DNA of 64,000 bases from a virus. The DNA is taken from IMG/VR virus record IMGVR_UViG_3300047160_002226, positions 52,150-116,149 of that record. One strand, written 5' to 3'. Made by a program: the position numbers and the translations under genes. The first letter of the stretch is position 1. The number at the start of each line of letters is the position of its first letter. This document shows, one piece after another, positions 28,427-37,736 of the stretch. The notes beneath the pieces are model-generated. The model was not told the DNA's origin, ran no database searches, and saw only the letters and a list, made by a program, of their open reading frames with translations.

Positions 28427-28432
28427 AACTGA

Positions 28433-29953
28433 ATGTATCTAGAGATAGTAGAAGGATACGCCACCTGCGCTGCTTCTGGCGACGTGGAAGGGATCGCTTG
28501 GCTAGAGGCTAAGCTGACGATCACTATTGAAGGCGAGACCATCTCCTTCCTTGACATACATACGAACCGCAGAGGTAACTTCCCCTCTGGGCTCTTGGCC
28601 TATCTTCTCAGGCTCGCCGCCAGTGATAAGGTAGCAATCGTCGTCAAGGCACTGCCACCACGTCCAATCGAAGAGTGCCCCACGGACGTTCTTCGTGGCG
28701 TCTCGTTGCGCAGCTACCAGGTTGTAGCTGTGAAGAAGGCTCTCCACCTTCGGCGTGGTATCTTCAACATCGCTACGGGAGGCGGCAAGACAGAGACGTT
28801 CATCGCTATCGCTGCACTTCTTGAAGACCATTGTGGAGGGAAAGGTCGGCGCACGTCGCTCACGATCCTGCCCTCGAAGATCAGTGCAAAGCAAACCTAT
28901 GGGCGTTTCAAGGAGCGAGGACTCACCTCCGTAGGTCTCGTCTCTGGCAGCAGGCGTGACTTCAAGAAGAAACACGTCGTTGCGAATTACAAGACTCTCG
29001 CAGCTCGTCTCAAGGCAGACGATCCTGACGCACGAGATCTTCTCAGGAATGTATGTGCTGTCTTCTTCGATGAGTGCCATCACCTTGGCACATCGCCGTC
29101 GTGGCAAACGATAGCCAAGGCGTGTCAAGCTGAGTTCCGTTTTGGTTTCTCTGGAACCCCATTCACATCTGGCATCCCGATTGTCCCGTTGGATAGCCTG
29201 GACGCCACATTGTCGGACTTCCGCCTCGTCTCCCAGACTGGCGAGGTTATTATCTACACCCCGTCGAAGCTGCTACGGGACCACAAAATCCTAGTCGATC
29301 CAAAGATTTACGTTCTTCCAGTCTTCTCACCGAACCTCTACTACATGCCGTTCCCACGCTGGAAGACGATCTACAAGAAAGGAATCACCGAGAACGCGGA
29401 GCGTAATCGCGTCGTTATCAACGTCGCCTACAAGCTCTTCAAACGCGGTCATCGAGTCTGCATCCTGATAACTGCTATCGACCACGGCATAGCTCTCATG
29501 AAGGAGCTTGTGCGTGCTGGCCTCAACGTCGCTTTCTCAAAAGGCAATGGTGAAGTGCTCACGTGGGACGGCGACAAAATATCTACCACTGACCACGAGG
29601 ATGCTCAGGAAGAGGCACAAGCTGCGTTCTCGAATGGAGAAATCGACCTTCTTGTTTGTAGTGTGGTGTATGACGAGTCCGTTGACCTTCCAGCGATGTC
29701 TGCACTGGTTCTGGCTAGTGGAATGAAGTCGCCCGTGAGGGCTATCCAACGCATTGGCCGTTCTATCCGTCGCAGTGAAGGCAAAGAGGAAGCCATCGTC
29801 GTGGACTTCCGAGATAAGACCCATTATTTCCTAGACAACCACACCAACAAGCGGTTGAAGATGTACTCGCTACACGAGTACTCCTACGAGGAGATGCCTT
29901 CGGTCGAAGCGTTCTTCTCCTCTCTTCCACCGATTGAGGTAGCAGAGGTTTAA
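28433..29953 (+). CDS. SF2 DNA helicase, UvsW-like
   Basis: LRSYQ, ATGGGKT, DECHH, GFSGTP, QRIGRSIR. Confidence 0.9.
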   Translation: MYLEIVEGYATCAASGDVEGIAWLEAKLTITIEGETISFLDIHTNRRGNFPSGLLAYLLRLAASDKVAIVVKALPPRPIEECPTDVLRGVSLRSYQVVAVKKALHLRRGIFNIATGGGKTETFIAIAALLEDHCGGKGRRTSLTILPSKISAKQTYGRFKERGLTSVGLVSGSRRDFKKKHVVANYKTLAARLKADDPDARDLLRNVCAVFFDECHHLGTSPSWQTIAKACQAEFRFGFSGTPFTSGIPIVPLDSLDATLSDFRLVSQTGEVIIYTPSKLLRDHKILVDPKIYVLPVFSPNLYYMPFPRWKTIYKKGITENAERNRVVINVAYKLFKRGHRVCILITAIDHGIALMKELVRAGLNVAFSKGNGEVLTWDGDKISTTDHEDAQEEAQAAFSNGEIDLLVCSVVYDESVDLPAMSALVLASGMKSPVRAIQRIGRSIRRSEGKEEAIVVDFRDKTHYFLDNHTNKRLKMYSLHEYSYEEMPSVEAFFSSLPPIEVAEV

Positions 29954-29955
29954 CC

Positions 29956-31395
29956 ATGGACGTGGAAAAGAATTACCACTACGGACCCAACTTCGAGATC
30001 GGTGTACTCGCGCTCCTAGCTCAAGATCCAGGGTTCCGCGCCAACTTCGAGGATGTCATCAAGCCCGCCTATTTCACGTCGGAGCCGATGTCCTCGATAT
30101 GTCGTTTGATTCTGGATATACATCGAAAAGGAAAGGCAGTTTCCCCTGACGCACTACAAGCTGAGCTGGTGGACTACTGCTCGCTGTTTAGCGTCGGTGA
30201 TGCAACACGTAACCACCTGCTCAACCTAGCGCGGCAGGTCTACCAGACGAACATCGACTTCCTCGACTACATCCCAGATAGGGCTGTCCACTTCGCTCGT
30301 CGCCAGGCTTGCGCTGACGCTTTGACTCGCATGGTCGAGATGATGCAGGAGGACAAGGATCCCGAATCTCTGCGGAACGTGCTCGATACGGCCTTGCAGG
30401 TCGGAGCAGCTCGTGACCTTGGCATCGACATACATGACTCCGTAGCTCGTCTAGGAGCGCTCCTGGCTGAGTCCTCGATGGACGAGTCACGGAAGATCCC
30501 AACTGGCCTTCCGTCACTGGACTCTGCGATGCGCGGTGGTCTAGGCGCAGGCCAGCTTGGCATGATCCTTGGGCCAACAGGGCGCGGTAAGTCTATCGTC
30601 CTCGTCAACCTCGCGGCGTTCGCTCTACGAGCTGGTAAGAAGGTCTGTTATGTGACCTTCGAGCTTACAGAGGTCGAAGTCCTTGTCCGTATGCTCCAGA
30701 GGCTCACTGGCTGCATCGACACAGATGTCATCAAGCAAACTGACGACTTTAAGAAGAAGATCGCTGTTATCAACCAGAAGACCCACAAGTTTCTCAAGAT
30801 CAAGTACTACGCTCCAGGCACAATTACGACAGGCCAGCTCAGAGCCTACGTTGCACGGCTCAAATCACATGAGAACTGGACTCCTGATCTCCTGATTCTT
30901 GACGACGGTGATTCGTTCCGTGTTCCTCTTGCACGAGGCGGCGACTCTAGCTCAGCCACCTACTACGCCCAAGGCCAGACATACACTGAGATCATTGGAA
31001 TCATCAACGACTACAAGGCGTGCTGCTGGGCCGCTACGCAGGCAACGCGCGCCGCCTACGATATGGAAACTGTTACCGTAGGGCACACAGCGGAGAGCTT
31101 CAAGAAGGTCCACCGTGCCCAAGCTGCCATCGCCGTGTGCCAGACGAAGCAGGAAGCGGTAACAGAGATCGCTCGTCTCTATGTGGCGAAGGGTCGCGGC
31201 TTCCGCGATGGCTTCTACGTGCCGATCAAGTTCCACAAGAACATCATGTGCATAGAGGAACTGCCGCCTCCAAGCCCTGGCGATCAAGCAGGCCCGAAGT
31301 TGAATCTCGCTGCCACGCCGCTGACGATTTCGGATATGGAGGCCATGGTAGGACAGGAACACGAAAAGGATATCGTTGACAGTTCTGCAACCTAA
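29956..31395 (+). CDS. dnaB: Replicative DnaB-like helicase (T4 gp41-like)
   Basis: IPTGLPSLD..MRGG, GPTGRGKS, YVTFEL, PDLLILD, WAATQ. Confidence 0.9.
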   Translation: MDVEKNYHYGPNFEIGVLALLAQDPGFRANFEDVIKPAYFTSEPMSSICRLILDIHRKGKAVSPDALQAELVDYCSLFSVGDATRNHLLNLARQVYQTNIDFLDYIPDRAVHFARRQACADALTRMVEMMQEDKDPESLRNVLDTALQVGAARDLGIDIHDSVARLGALLAESSMDESRKIPTGLPSLDSAMRGGLGAGQLGMILGPTGRGKSIVLVNLAAFALRAGKKVCYVTFELTEVEVLVRMLQRLTGCIDTDVIKQTDDFKKKIAVINQKTHKFLKIKYYAPGTITTGQLRAYVARLKSHENWTPDLLILDDGDSFRVPLARGGDSSSATYYAQGQTYTEIIGIINDYKACCWAATQATRAAYDMETVTVGHTAESFKKVHRAQAAIAVCQTKQEAVTEIARLYVAKGRGFRDGFYVPIKFHKNIMCIEELPPPSPGDQAGPKLNLAATPLTISDMEAMVGQEHEKDIVDSSAT

Positions 31396-31407
31396 TGGGG
31401 TGTTTGG

Positions 31408-32388
31408 GTGGTCCACAAACCGCCTGAGTTCTTTGGTGAAGTCCTAGAGTCCTGCTCTGGTCCTGAGCTGCGGTTCAACTGCCCGTTCTGCGAAACGAAG
31501 GGCAAAACCGAAGATACGAAGTACCACCTCTACTTCAACGAGGATTCTGGGCTCTATTTCTGTCAACGGTGTGAGACAGGTGGTCACATTGACCGCCTCA
31601 ACAGGATTAGGGGTGGCCTCGAAGAGATTGTTCCTGTCAGGGATCGCGAGGCTGATCTACAGCGTATCCGCAAGATCCTCATGGGCATCCCCGTGGAGGA
31701 TCCGTCGAAGAAGCCAATCCTGACAGCTCCTCTGCCAGAAGACTATGTACCTATCACTCTTCTACCTGACACAGCCGCAGAGGCTTACCTACTCAACAGA
31801 GGCATCACGCGGGATCAGATAGTTCAATACAGGCTTGGCTTCGGCACAGGGGAGAACAGAGGCCGCATCATCTTCCCCGTGTTCGATCCTGCTAACAAGG
31901 AACGATGCGTCTTCTGGGTAGCTCGTTCCTACATGAATACGAGCCACAGTAAGGATTGCAAGTGCTTCGCGTGCCTCGCCAAGTACAAGAACGCCCCCCA
32001 TGTGCATCGCCGTTACTACCTCTTCGGGCTGGACCAGGTGCAAGGCGATGAGGTCTGTGTAGCGGAGGGTCCAATCTCTGCGCTTTGCTGTGGCCCAAAC
32101 TCTGTAGCGACACTAGGGAAACACGTGACAAGCGACCAGATAGAGATGCTTGCGAAGTTCAAGAAGGTTATCGTAGCTCTCGATGACGACGCTGTAGCTC
32201 AGTCCCACAAGCTCATTCAGAGTCTCATGCGCAAGGGCGTTGAGGTCTACTTCATTCCGTTTCCGAAGGGCCAGGACCCAGGCGATCTCGGTCAAGCCAA
32301 AATGGCTGAACTTCGTAAGAATGCCGTCCGAATTGATAGGTTCACACATCCAGCGGTGCTCATGTGGAAACAACAGTTGAGAAAGTAG
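31408..32388 (+). CDS. DNA primase (Zn finger + TOPRIM)
   Basis: CPFC...CQRC, GRIIFP, EGPISA, ALDDDA, QDPGD. Confidence 0.9.
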   Translation: MVHKPPEFFGEVLESCSGPELRFNCPFCETKGKTEDTKYHLYFNEDSGLYFCQRCETGGHIDRLNRIRGGLEEIVPVRDREADLQRIRKILMGIPVEDPSKKPILTAPLPEDYVPITLLPDTAAEAYLLNRGITRDQIVQYRLGFGTGENRGRIIFPVFDPANKERCVFWVARSYMNTSHSKDCKCFACLAKYKNAPHVHRRYYLFGLDQVQGDEVCVAEGPISALCCGPNSVATLGKHVTSDQIEMLAKFKKVIVALDDDAVAQSHKLIQSLMRKGVEVYFIPFPKGQDPGDLGQAKMAELRKNAVRIDRFTHPAVLMWKQQLRK

Positions 32389-32594
32389 TTGATCGACTTA
32401 TCGAGATTGGTGTCCTCCTGCCAGAGCTGCGGGAGTATACAATCCGTCGTCTCGACTACGAGATGAAGCGTCATGCCAACAGACTAGCCCGTGCTCTAGC
32501 TGAGGGAAAGGTGAGGAAACATGAACGACGAGGACGACGAGATCGAGAACAACCCCCTGATTTGCGTGATCGGCTTCCCGAAATCCAAGGCTGA
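32364..32594 (+). CDS. Hypothetical protein
   Basis: Fills the gap; overlaps both neighbours. Confidence 0.35.
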   Translation: METTVEKVVDRLIEIGVLLPELREYTIRRLDYEMKRHANRLARALAEGKVRKHERRGRRDREQPPDLRDRLPEIQG

Positions 32595-33024
32595 CAAGCT
32601 GGCAGACAGGATTAGAAAGGCTGGCTTTGCTTGTCATGACGGTGTTGAGCAACTCGACGCAACCGAAGTGATAGATCATCCGCTTGCCTGTCACTGCGAT
32701 GCGTGGGAGAAGATCCTCGATCCACTCGAAGAGAGTGACGTGATCGTTGCTTACTACGATGAGCATGAGCCAAATACGGTCGAGACGGCGCTCCTTCTTG
32801 GTTTGACCTACTCAAATGGCAAGGTTTGTATCCTCTACACAGAGAAGCCACTTGAGCGGGCTTTCTTCACCTTGGCAGCTATCGTTGCTGCCCATGCTGT
32901 TGGTGAGAAGGATCTCCTCGCAGTGCTGAATCGTCTGCGCGGGGTCGATCTAGACGAACCGTCGAAGAAAACAGCGGAGGCGGTAGCCCTTCTTGCGGGG
33001 CTCCATCGCATCAAGACTTCATGA
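32521..33024 (+). CDS. Nucleoside 2-deoxyribosyltransferase-like fold protein (degenerate active site)
   Basis: LEESDVIVAY...TVETALLLGLTYSNGKVCILY resembles NDT DxxIA...GTxxExGYA..xGKPV. Confidence 0.5.
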   Translation: MNDEDDEIENNPLICVIGFPKSKADKLADRIRKAGFACHDGVEQLDATEVIDHPLACHCDAWEKILDPLEESDVIVAYYDEHEPNTVETALLLGLTYSNGKVCILYTEKPLERAFFTLAAIVAAHAVGEKDLLAVLNRLRGVDLDEPSKKTAEAVALLAGLHRIKTS

Positions 33025-33536
33025 GTAGTTGCCAGGACGAGCTTTTCCGTAGTTCATGCGCCCACTGTGGGGTGGACGCCCGCTATCTATTTTGTTCAGT
33101 GTGCCAGTCGGTAGCAGAGCGGCTTGTCCTCAATGCTCACGGCGATATCAACCAGGGTACTTCACTTGAAGATGTAAAGGTCAAGCTCGGTTCGTGGTGG
33201 CATGAGCTTCCTTCTGTCAACCGTGAGCAACTGGAGAGGCATGTGGCTGACTATTCACGAGCAAAGCAGGAATACGACCGACTTTGCCGAGAGGAAGAAG
33301 AAAAGCTCCCGAAGAACGAAAGGCAGCGTAGAGTGGGCGAATTCGATGACGGGTTTGAAGGGACTGACGAACGGTCTGAGAAGGTCTACCCGACCCTCTT
33401 GAAGCTCAACCCGAAGACTGATCTCTATGCCCGCAGGGCAATTCGCCGTTACGCGAAGGATATCTCTCCGCTTATGCCAGATCGAGCGAAGGAACTGCTG
33501 GACTGGATGGACCATATCGACAAGACCGAAGAGTAG
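33021..33536 (+). CDS. Hypothetical protein with N-terminal Zn finger
   Basis: CAHC...FCSVC. Confidence 0.55.
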   Translation: MSSCQDELFRSSCAHCGVDARYLFCSVCQSVAERLVLNAHGDINQGTSLEDVKVKLGSWWHELPSVNREQLERHVADYSRAKQEYDRLCREEEEKLPKNERQRRVGEFDDGFEGTDERSEKVYPTLLKLNPKTDLYARRAIRRYAKDISPLMPDRAKELLDWMDHIDKTEE

Positions 33537-33539
33537 AAC

Positions 33540-36461
33540 ATGACGGATCTCCCTATCCTCAACGACCCCCACTGCACGCGCTGTCACCTTCACCAAGAAG
33601 CCACGAACGTCTGCGTCCCGTCGAAGGGCTCAGAGAACCCTGAGATTCTGCTTGTAGGTATTGGCCCAGGTTACAACGAGGACAAGAAGGGTGAATGCTT
33701 CATCGGACCTGCTGGTCAGATGCTCGACTCCATGCTCAAGGAAGCAAACGTTCCAGTTGAGAAGGTCCGCTTCGCCAATCTGGTTCGATGTGTTCCTTGG
33801 CAGAACAAAGCGACGGCTAAAGTACGTGACCCCACCTTTGAAGAGATCCAGATCTGTGCTCCATACTTGCTAGCAGAGATCGCAAAGTACAAGCCAAAGG
33901 TCATCGTCCCTCTGGGAGCTGTCGTAGCTAACTACTTCAACCCTCAAGCTGAGGGGCAGCGTATCTCTGCGCTTCGTGGTAAGCCGACGAATTGGAAGCA
34001 TCCGACTACCAACGACGAATACGCAATCTTGCCGACGTTTCACCCTGCGGCTGTCTGCCGTGCAGAGCATATGTACCGCAGGCACGTGGTCAACGACTTC
34101 CTTTTCGTCAATCAGCTCATCGGCGCGAAGGACGTATTCGAGGGAACTCATTACGAGCTGCTGGACACGGAGGAGAAGATCCGTGCCGCAGTAGATCGTA
34201 TGTTGAGGCTGAACGCGATTGACGAAGACTTCGTCGTGTCAGTTGATACTGAGACTGGATTCGCTGACAACATTCCAGAGAAGTATCCGCGCACGAGGAA
34301 GCAGATACAACTCAACCCGTTCGACCCATTCCACACCCTTGTGTCGGTGCAGCTTTCATTTGCTCCGAAGCAGGGCTACATCATCCTTCTCCACCACAAG
34401 GACTCAACTTTCACTGATACTCTCCAGCATTCGATGATCCGCTTCCACTTGCAGCGGCTCTTCGACGTGGTGAAGGTTGCAGGTCAGAATTTCAAGTTCG
34501 ATTACAAGGAATTTCTCGTCAAGCTCGGAGTTGAAGTCAAGCACTTCTACTTCGACGCCATGCTTGCTCACTTCTTGCGCTACGGCAAGGACGATCCTCG
34601 TAGCTTGGAGTCGATTGGAGCCCGCTTCATAGATATGGCGGGTTACAAGAGCGAGATGGGTAAGGCCCTGGCAACGCTCCCAGAGGAGCGCAGGCACATG
34701 GGCTACGTCGATCTTGACAAGCTCATCCGCTACGGCTGTGGTGACTCTGACGCTGTAATGCGGTACATGAAGCTCATAAAGCCTGAGCTAGAGGAAATGG
34801 GCTTCTGGGGCGTCTACACTGACATCCTTCAACAAGCAACGGTCTCTGCAGCTATCGTTGAGACCAATGGCATGTTCCTCGACAGGACTCGTCACGAGAA
34901 GCTCAAGGAGGAGTTCCCGAAGGAGCTGGCGAAGCTCACTGAGACCATGCGTAGCAGCGCATGGATCAAGGCATTCGAGCTTGAGTGGGAGACTGAGAAG
35001 AAGCAACAGGCGCTCACCGAAGCGATCATCAAGCAGCACCAGACAGGTAAGCCGAAGAAGCCGAAGACGGTAAAGCCGATCATCTTCAAGCCCAGCTCGT
35101 CACGTCACCTCACACGGCTCTTCTTCCAGACTATGAAGCTCCCTACCAAGGGGCTCAAGAGGACGAAGAGTGGCAAGGGCTACAAAACCGACAAGACCAC
35201 CCGCGATATCCTGCTCAACTTCTGCAAGGAGCAGAAGAATGAAGAGGGCGCCAAGCTCATAGCTGCTATCCAGCTATGGAAGATCAAGGACAAGCTCAAT
35301 TCGGCCTATGTAAAGAACGCACATAAGCTGATCTATGACGACGGCACCTACCCGCATAGCATGGGGGAGTTCAAGCCTGAGACGATTGTGCCTTGGTGCT
35401 TCCACTCGAACATCAAGCTAGAAGGCACGCATACAGGGCGTCTATCGGTCGAGCTTCCAAACTTCCAGCAGGTGCCACGCAAGTCTCTTATCAAGTGGAT
35501 GTTCGTGTCTCGCTATCACGACGTTGGCGGGTTCATGATGCAGGGAGACTATTCACAGGCAGAGCTTCGTGTGCTCGCGATGCTTGCTGGTGAGACCTCC
35601 ATGCTCGAAGCCTTTGGTAAGGGCGACGACATACATATGTATGTCGCTTCCATGGTGTTCGGAAAGCATGGTAAGCCTCTGGAGCGATCTCAGATCACCA
35701 AGGCAATGCGTTCGATTGCGAAGTCGGCTTCGTTCGGCATCGTCTACGGCATGGGAGCCCCAGCTCTTGCCCTCAAGTTCGGAACGTCTGTTGAAGAGGC
35801 TCAACAGATCATTAACACACTCTATTCTGTCTTCCCGAAGCTCCGTCCCTGGATGGACGCGAAGATACAGGAGTGCCGTGACTATGGGCTCGTTACTAGC
35901 CCGATGGGCAGGGTTCGTTTCATCCCTGATATCTGGTTCGTTGGTGACGACTCGAAGCACCAAGAACTTGTCCGTGCAGGAGCCGAAAGGCGTGCCGTCA
36001 ATACTCCAATCCAGAGTGCCGCGTCAGACTGGAATCTCTGCGCCCTGAACGCAATCGTACCGCGAACTCGTGGTATGAAGTCTCTCCCCGTTGCGACGAT
36101 TCACGACGCGATCATGTTCGATGTGCATCCCATGGAGTTCTTCACTGTGCTGCACGTCATGAAGGAAGAAATGATGCCGAACCTCCAGAAGAGGTTCGAC
36201 TGGATCACGCTCACGCCCAAGGCCGATTTCGAGTTTGGCGAAAACTGGCAGGCGATGACGGACTTCGAGGAAGAAGCCCCAGGCATCTTCAAGATCAAGG
36301 GTCCTCCCAAGGATCTAAAGCTCAACCTTGAGCACATACATGAGAAGGGTGGTCTCGATCTCGAATGGATAGATCAGATCTTTGTGGAGAAGAAGGAAGA
36401 GGACTCCTGGTGCAGAGTGAAGCTACAGCTACCCACCTTCGCATCCGCAGCACAGAGGTGA
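33540..36461 (+). CDS. polA: Family A DNA polymerase with N-terminal family-4 uracil-DNA glycosylase-like domain and 3'-5' exonuclease
   Basis: UDG: CTRC.L..C, VGIGPG.NED..G.CFIGPAG, TFHPAA; exo: DTET, QNFKFD, YGCGD; pol: TGRLS, DYSQAELR, KSASFGIVYG, NTPIQS, IHDA. Confidence 0.95.
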   Translation: MTDLPILNDPHCTRCHLHQEATNVCVPSKGSENPEILLVGIGPGYNEDKKGECFIGPAGQMLDSMLKEANVPVEKVRFANLVRCVPWQNKATAKVRDPTFEEIQICAPYLLAEIAKYKPKVIVPLGAVVANYFNPQAEGQRISALRGKPTNWKHPTTNDEYAILPTFHPAAVCRAEHMYRRHVVNDFLFVNQLIGAKDVFEGTHYELLDTEEKIRAAVDRMLRLNAIDEDFVVSVDTETGFADNIPEKYPRTRKQIQLNPFDPFHTLVSVQLSFAPKQGYIILLHHKDSTFTDTLQHSMIRFHLQRLFDVVKVAGQNFKFDYKEFLVKLGVEVKHFYFDAMLAHFLRYGKDDPRSLESIGARFIDMAGYKSEMGKALATLPEERRHMGYVDLDKLIRYGCGDSDAVMRYMKLIKPELEEMGFWGVYTDILQQATVSAAIVETNGMFLDRTRHEKLKEEFPKELAKLTETMRSSAWIKAFELEWETEKKQQALTEAIIKQHQTGKPKKPKTVKPIIFKPSSSRHLTRLFFQTMKLPTKGLKRTKSGKGYKTDKTTRDILLNFCKEQKNEEGAKLIAAIQLWKIKDKLNSAYVKNAHKLIYDDGTYPHSMGEFKPETIVPWCFHSNIKLEGTHTGRLSVELPNFQQVPRKSLIKWMFVSRYHDVGGFMMQGDYSQAELRVLAMLAGETSMLEAFGKGDDIHMYVASMVFGKHGKPLERSQITKAMRSIAKSASFGIVYGMGAPALALKFGTSVEEAQQIINTLYSVFPKLRPWMDAKIQECRDYGLVTSPMGRVRFIPDIWFVGDDSKHQELVRAGAERRAVNTPIQSAASDWNLCALNAIVPRTRGMKSLPVATIHDAIMFDVHPMEFFTVLHVMKEEMMPNLQKRFDWITLTPKADFEFGENWQAMTDFEEEAPGIFKIKGPPKDLKLNLEHIHEKGGLDLEWIDQIFVEKKEEDSWCRVKLQLPTFASAAQR

Positions 36462-37225
36462 TGCTCTACAACGAGGATTGGCTCAATGGATTCCGTCGCT
36501 TCACTGAGGCGACTGACGTGGTTGTAACCTCACCCCCATACAACTTGGGTGTGAACTACAACACCTACGATGACGACATTCCACGTGATGCCTATTTGCG
36601 CTGGACAGAGCGATGGATTGCTGCTGTAGCTTTCGTACTCAAGAAGGATGGCTCCTTCTTCCTCAACATGGGCGGGAAACCGTCCGATATGACAGGCCCG
36701 TTCGATGTGCTTGAGGTTGCACGTAAATTCTTCAAGCTCCAGAACGTTATTCACTGGATCAAGTCGATCAACGTCGATGGTGTGACTCGTGGTCACTGTA
36801 AACCAATCAACAGTGATCGGTATCTAACAGATCAACACGAATACATCTTCCACTTGACACATAATGGAGATGTTCTCCTCAACAAACTCGCAGTTGGGGT
36901 AGAATATGCGGACAAGTCGAACCTGACAAGAGGCTCGCGGGGTAAGAACGGCGACTGTCGGGATCGAGGTAACACTTGGTTCATCAACTACGCCACAAGG
37001 CGGGAGAAGAAGTCTCACCCAACAACGTTTCCCGTCGAACTTCCTGAGTGGTGCATCAAGCTTCACGGCGTTGACAAGGCGAAGCTAGTTGTAGATCCAT
37101 TCATGGGAAGCGGAACTACTGCTGTTGCTGGTGTTAGGTTGGGTGTGCCGAAGGTCGCAGGCTTCGAGATCGACACGCTCTATCACGCTGCTGCTGTCAC
37201 TGAACTCTGCGGACAACAACTATGA
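36461..37225 (+). CDS. Beta-class N4-cytosine/N6-adenine DNA methyltransferase
   Basis: TSPPY motif IV precedes DPFMGSGTT motif I; HPTTFP; ATG overlaps the pol stop. Confidence 0.9.
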   Translation: MLYNEDWLNGFRRFTEATDVVVTSPPYNLGVNYNTYDDDIPRDAYLRWTERWIAAVAFVLKKDGSFFLNMGGKPSDMTGPFDVLEVARKFFKLQNVIHWIKSINVDGVTRGHCKPINSDRYLTDQHEYIFHLTHNGDVLLNKLAVGVEYADKSNLTRGSRGKNGDCRDRGNTWFINYATRREKKSHPTTFPVELPEWCIKLHGVDKAKLVVDPFMGSGTTAVAGVRLGVPKVAGFEIDTLYHAAAVTELCGQQL

Positions 37226-37728
37226 CAGACCAATACGACGATCAAGCACACTACGGTCACACAAATGACCCAATCGACAAACTACGGAAAGGAGGTCAAT
37301 TCAAGGAGATTGACGCTCAGCTCGTGTCGTTTCAAAAGGGTATGGAAGAGCTTGCACTAGCTGAATCTGGCTCTTTTGGCAGCGAACCTAAACTGGATCA
37401 ACTAGCCCGTGCAACGTCGTATCTCACTCAATCAGCTTCAATAGTGCATGGGGTGTTGAGAAAGTTGAAGTGGGAGCTGCACAAGAAGGAACGTACGCTC
37501 TACCTTGAGACTCGAAACCGCTATGTAACAAAACCAACGGAAAAGGTCATAGAGGGAGAGATGCTCAAGGACAAAGCGTTCGTTACTCTTACGGAGAAAG
37601 TCAACGAACTAGAAGAGATTGCAGATCTCTTTGACAGCCAAGCGAAACAAATTCAATCGAAGCAATGGCTACGACACCAGTACAAGAAAGAAGACAATAA
37701 CCTCTACCAGTCGAGACGCTACGAATAG
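37222..37728 (+). CDS. Coiled-coil protein, possible UvsY-like recombination mediator
   Basis: Helical; KPTEKVIE..ML.D motif; adjacent to SSB and RecA. Confidence 0.45.
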   Translation: MTDQYDDQAHYGHTNDPIDKLRKGGQFKEIDAQLVSFQKGMEELALAESGSFGSEPKLDQLARATSYLTQSASIVHGVLRKLKWELHKKERTLYLETRNRYVTKPTEKVIEGEMLKDKAFVTLTEKVNELEEIADLFDSQAKQIQSKQWLRHQYKKEDNNLYQSRRYE

Positions 37729-37736
37729 GAGACACT

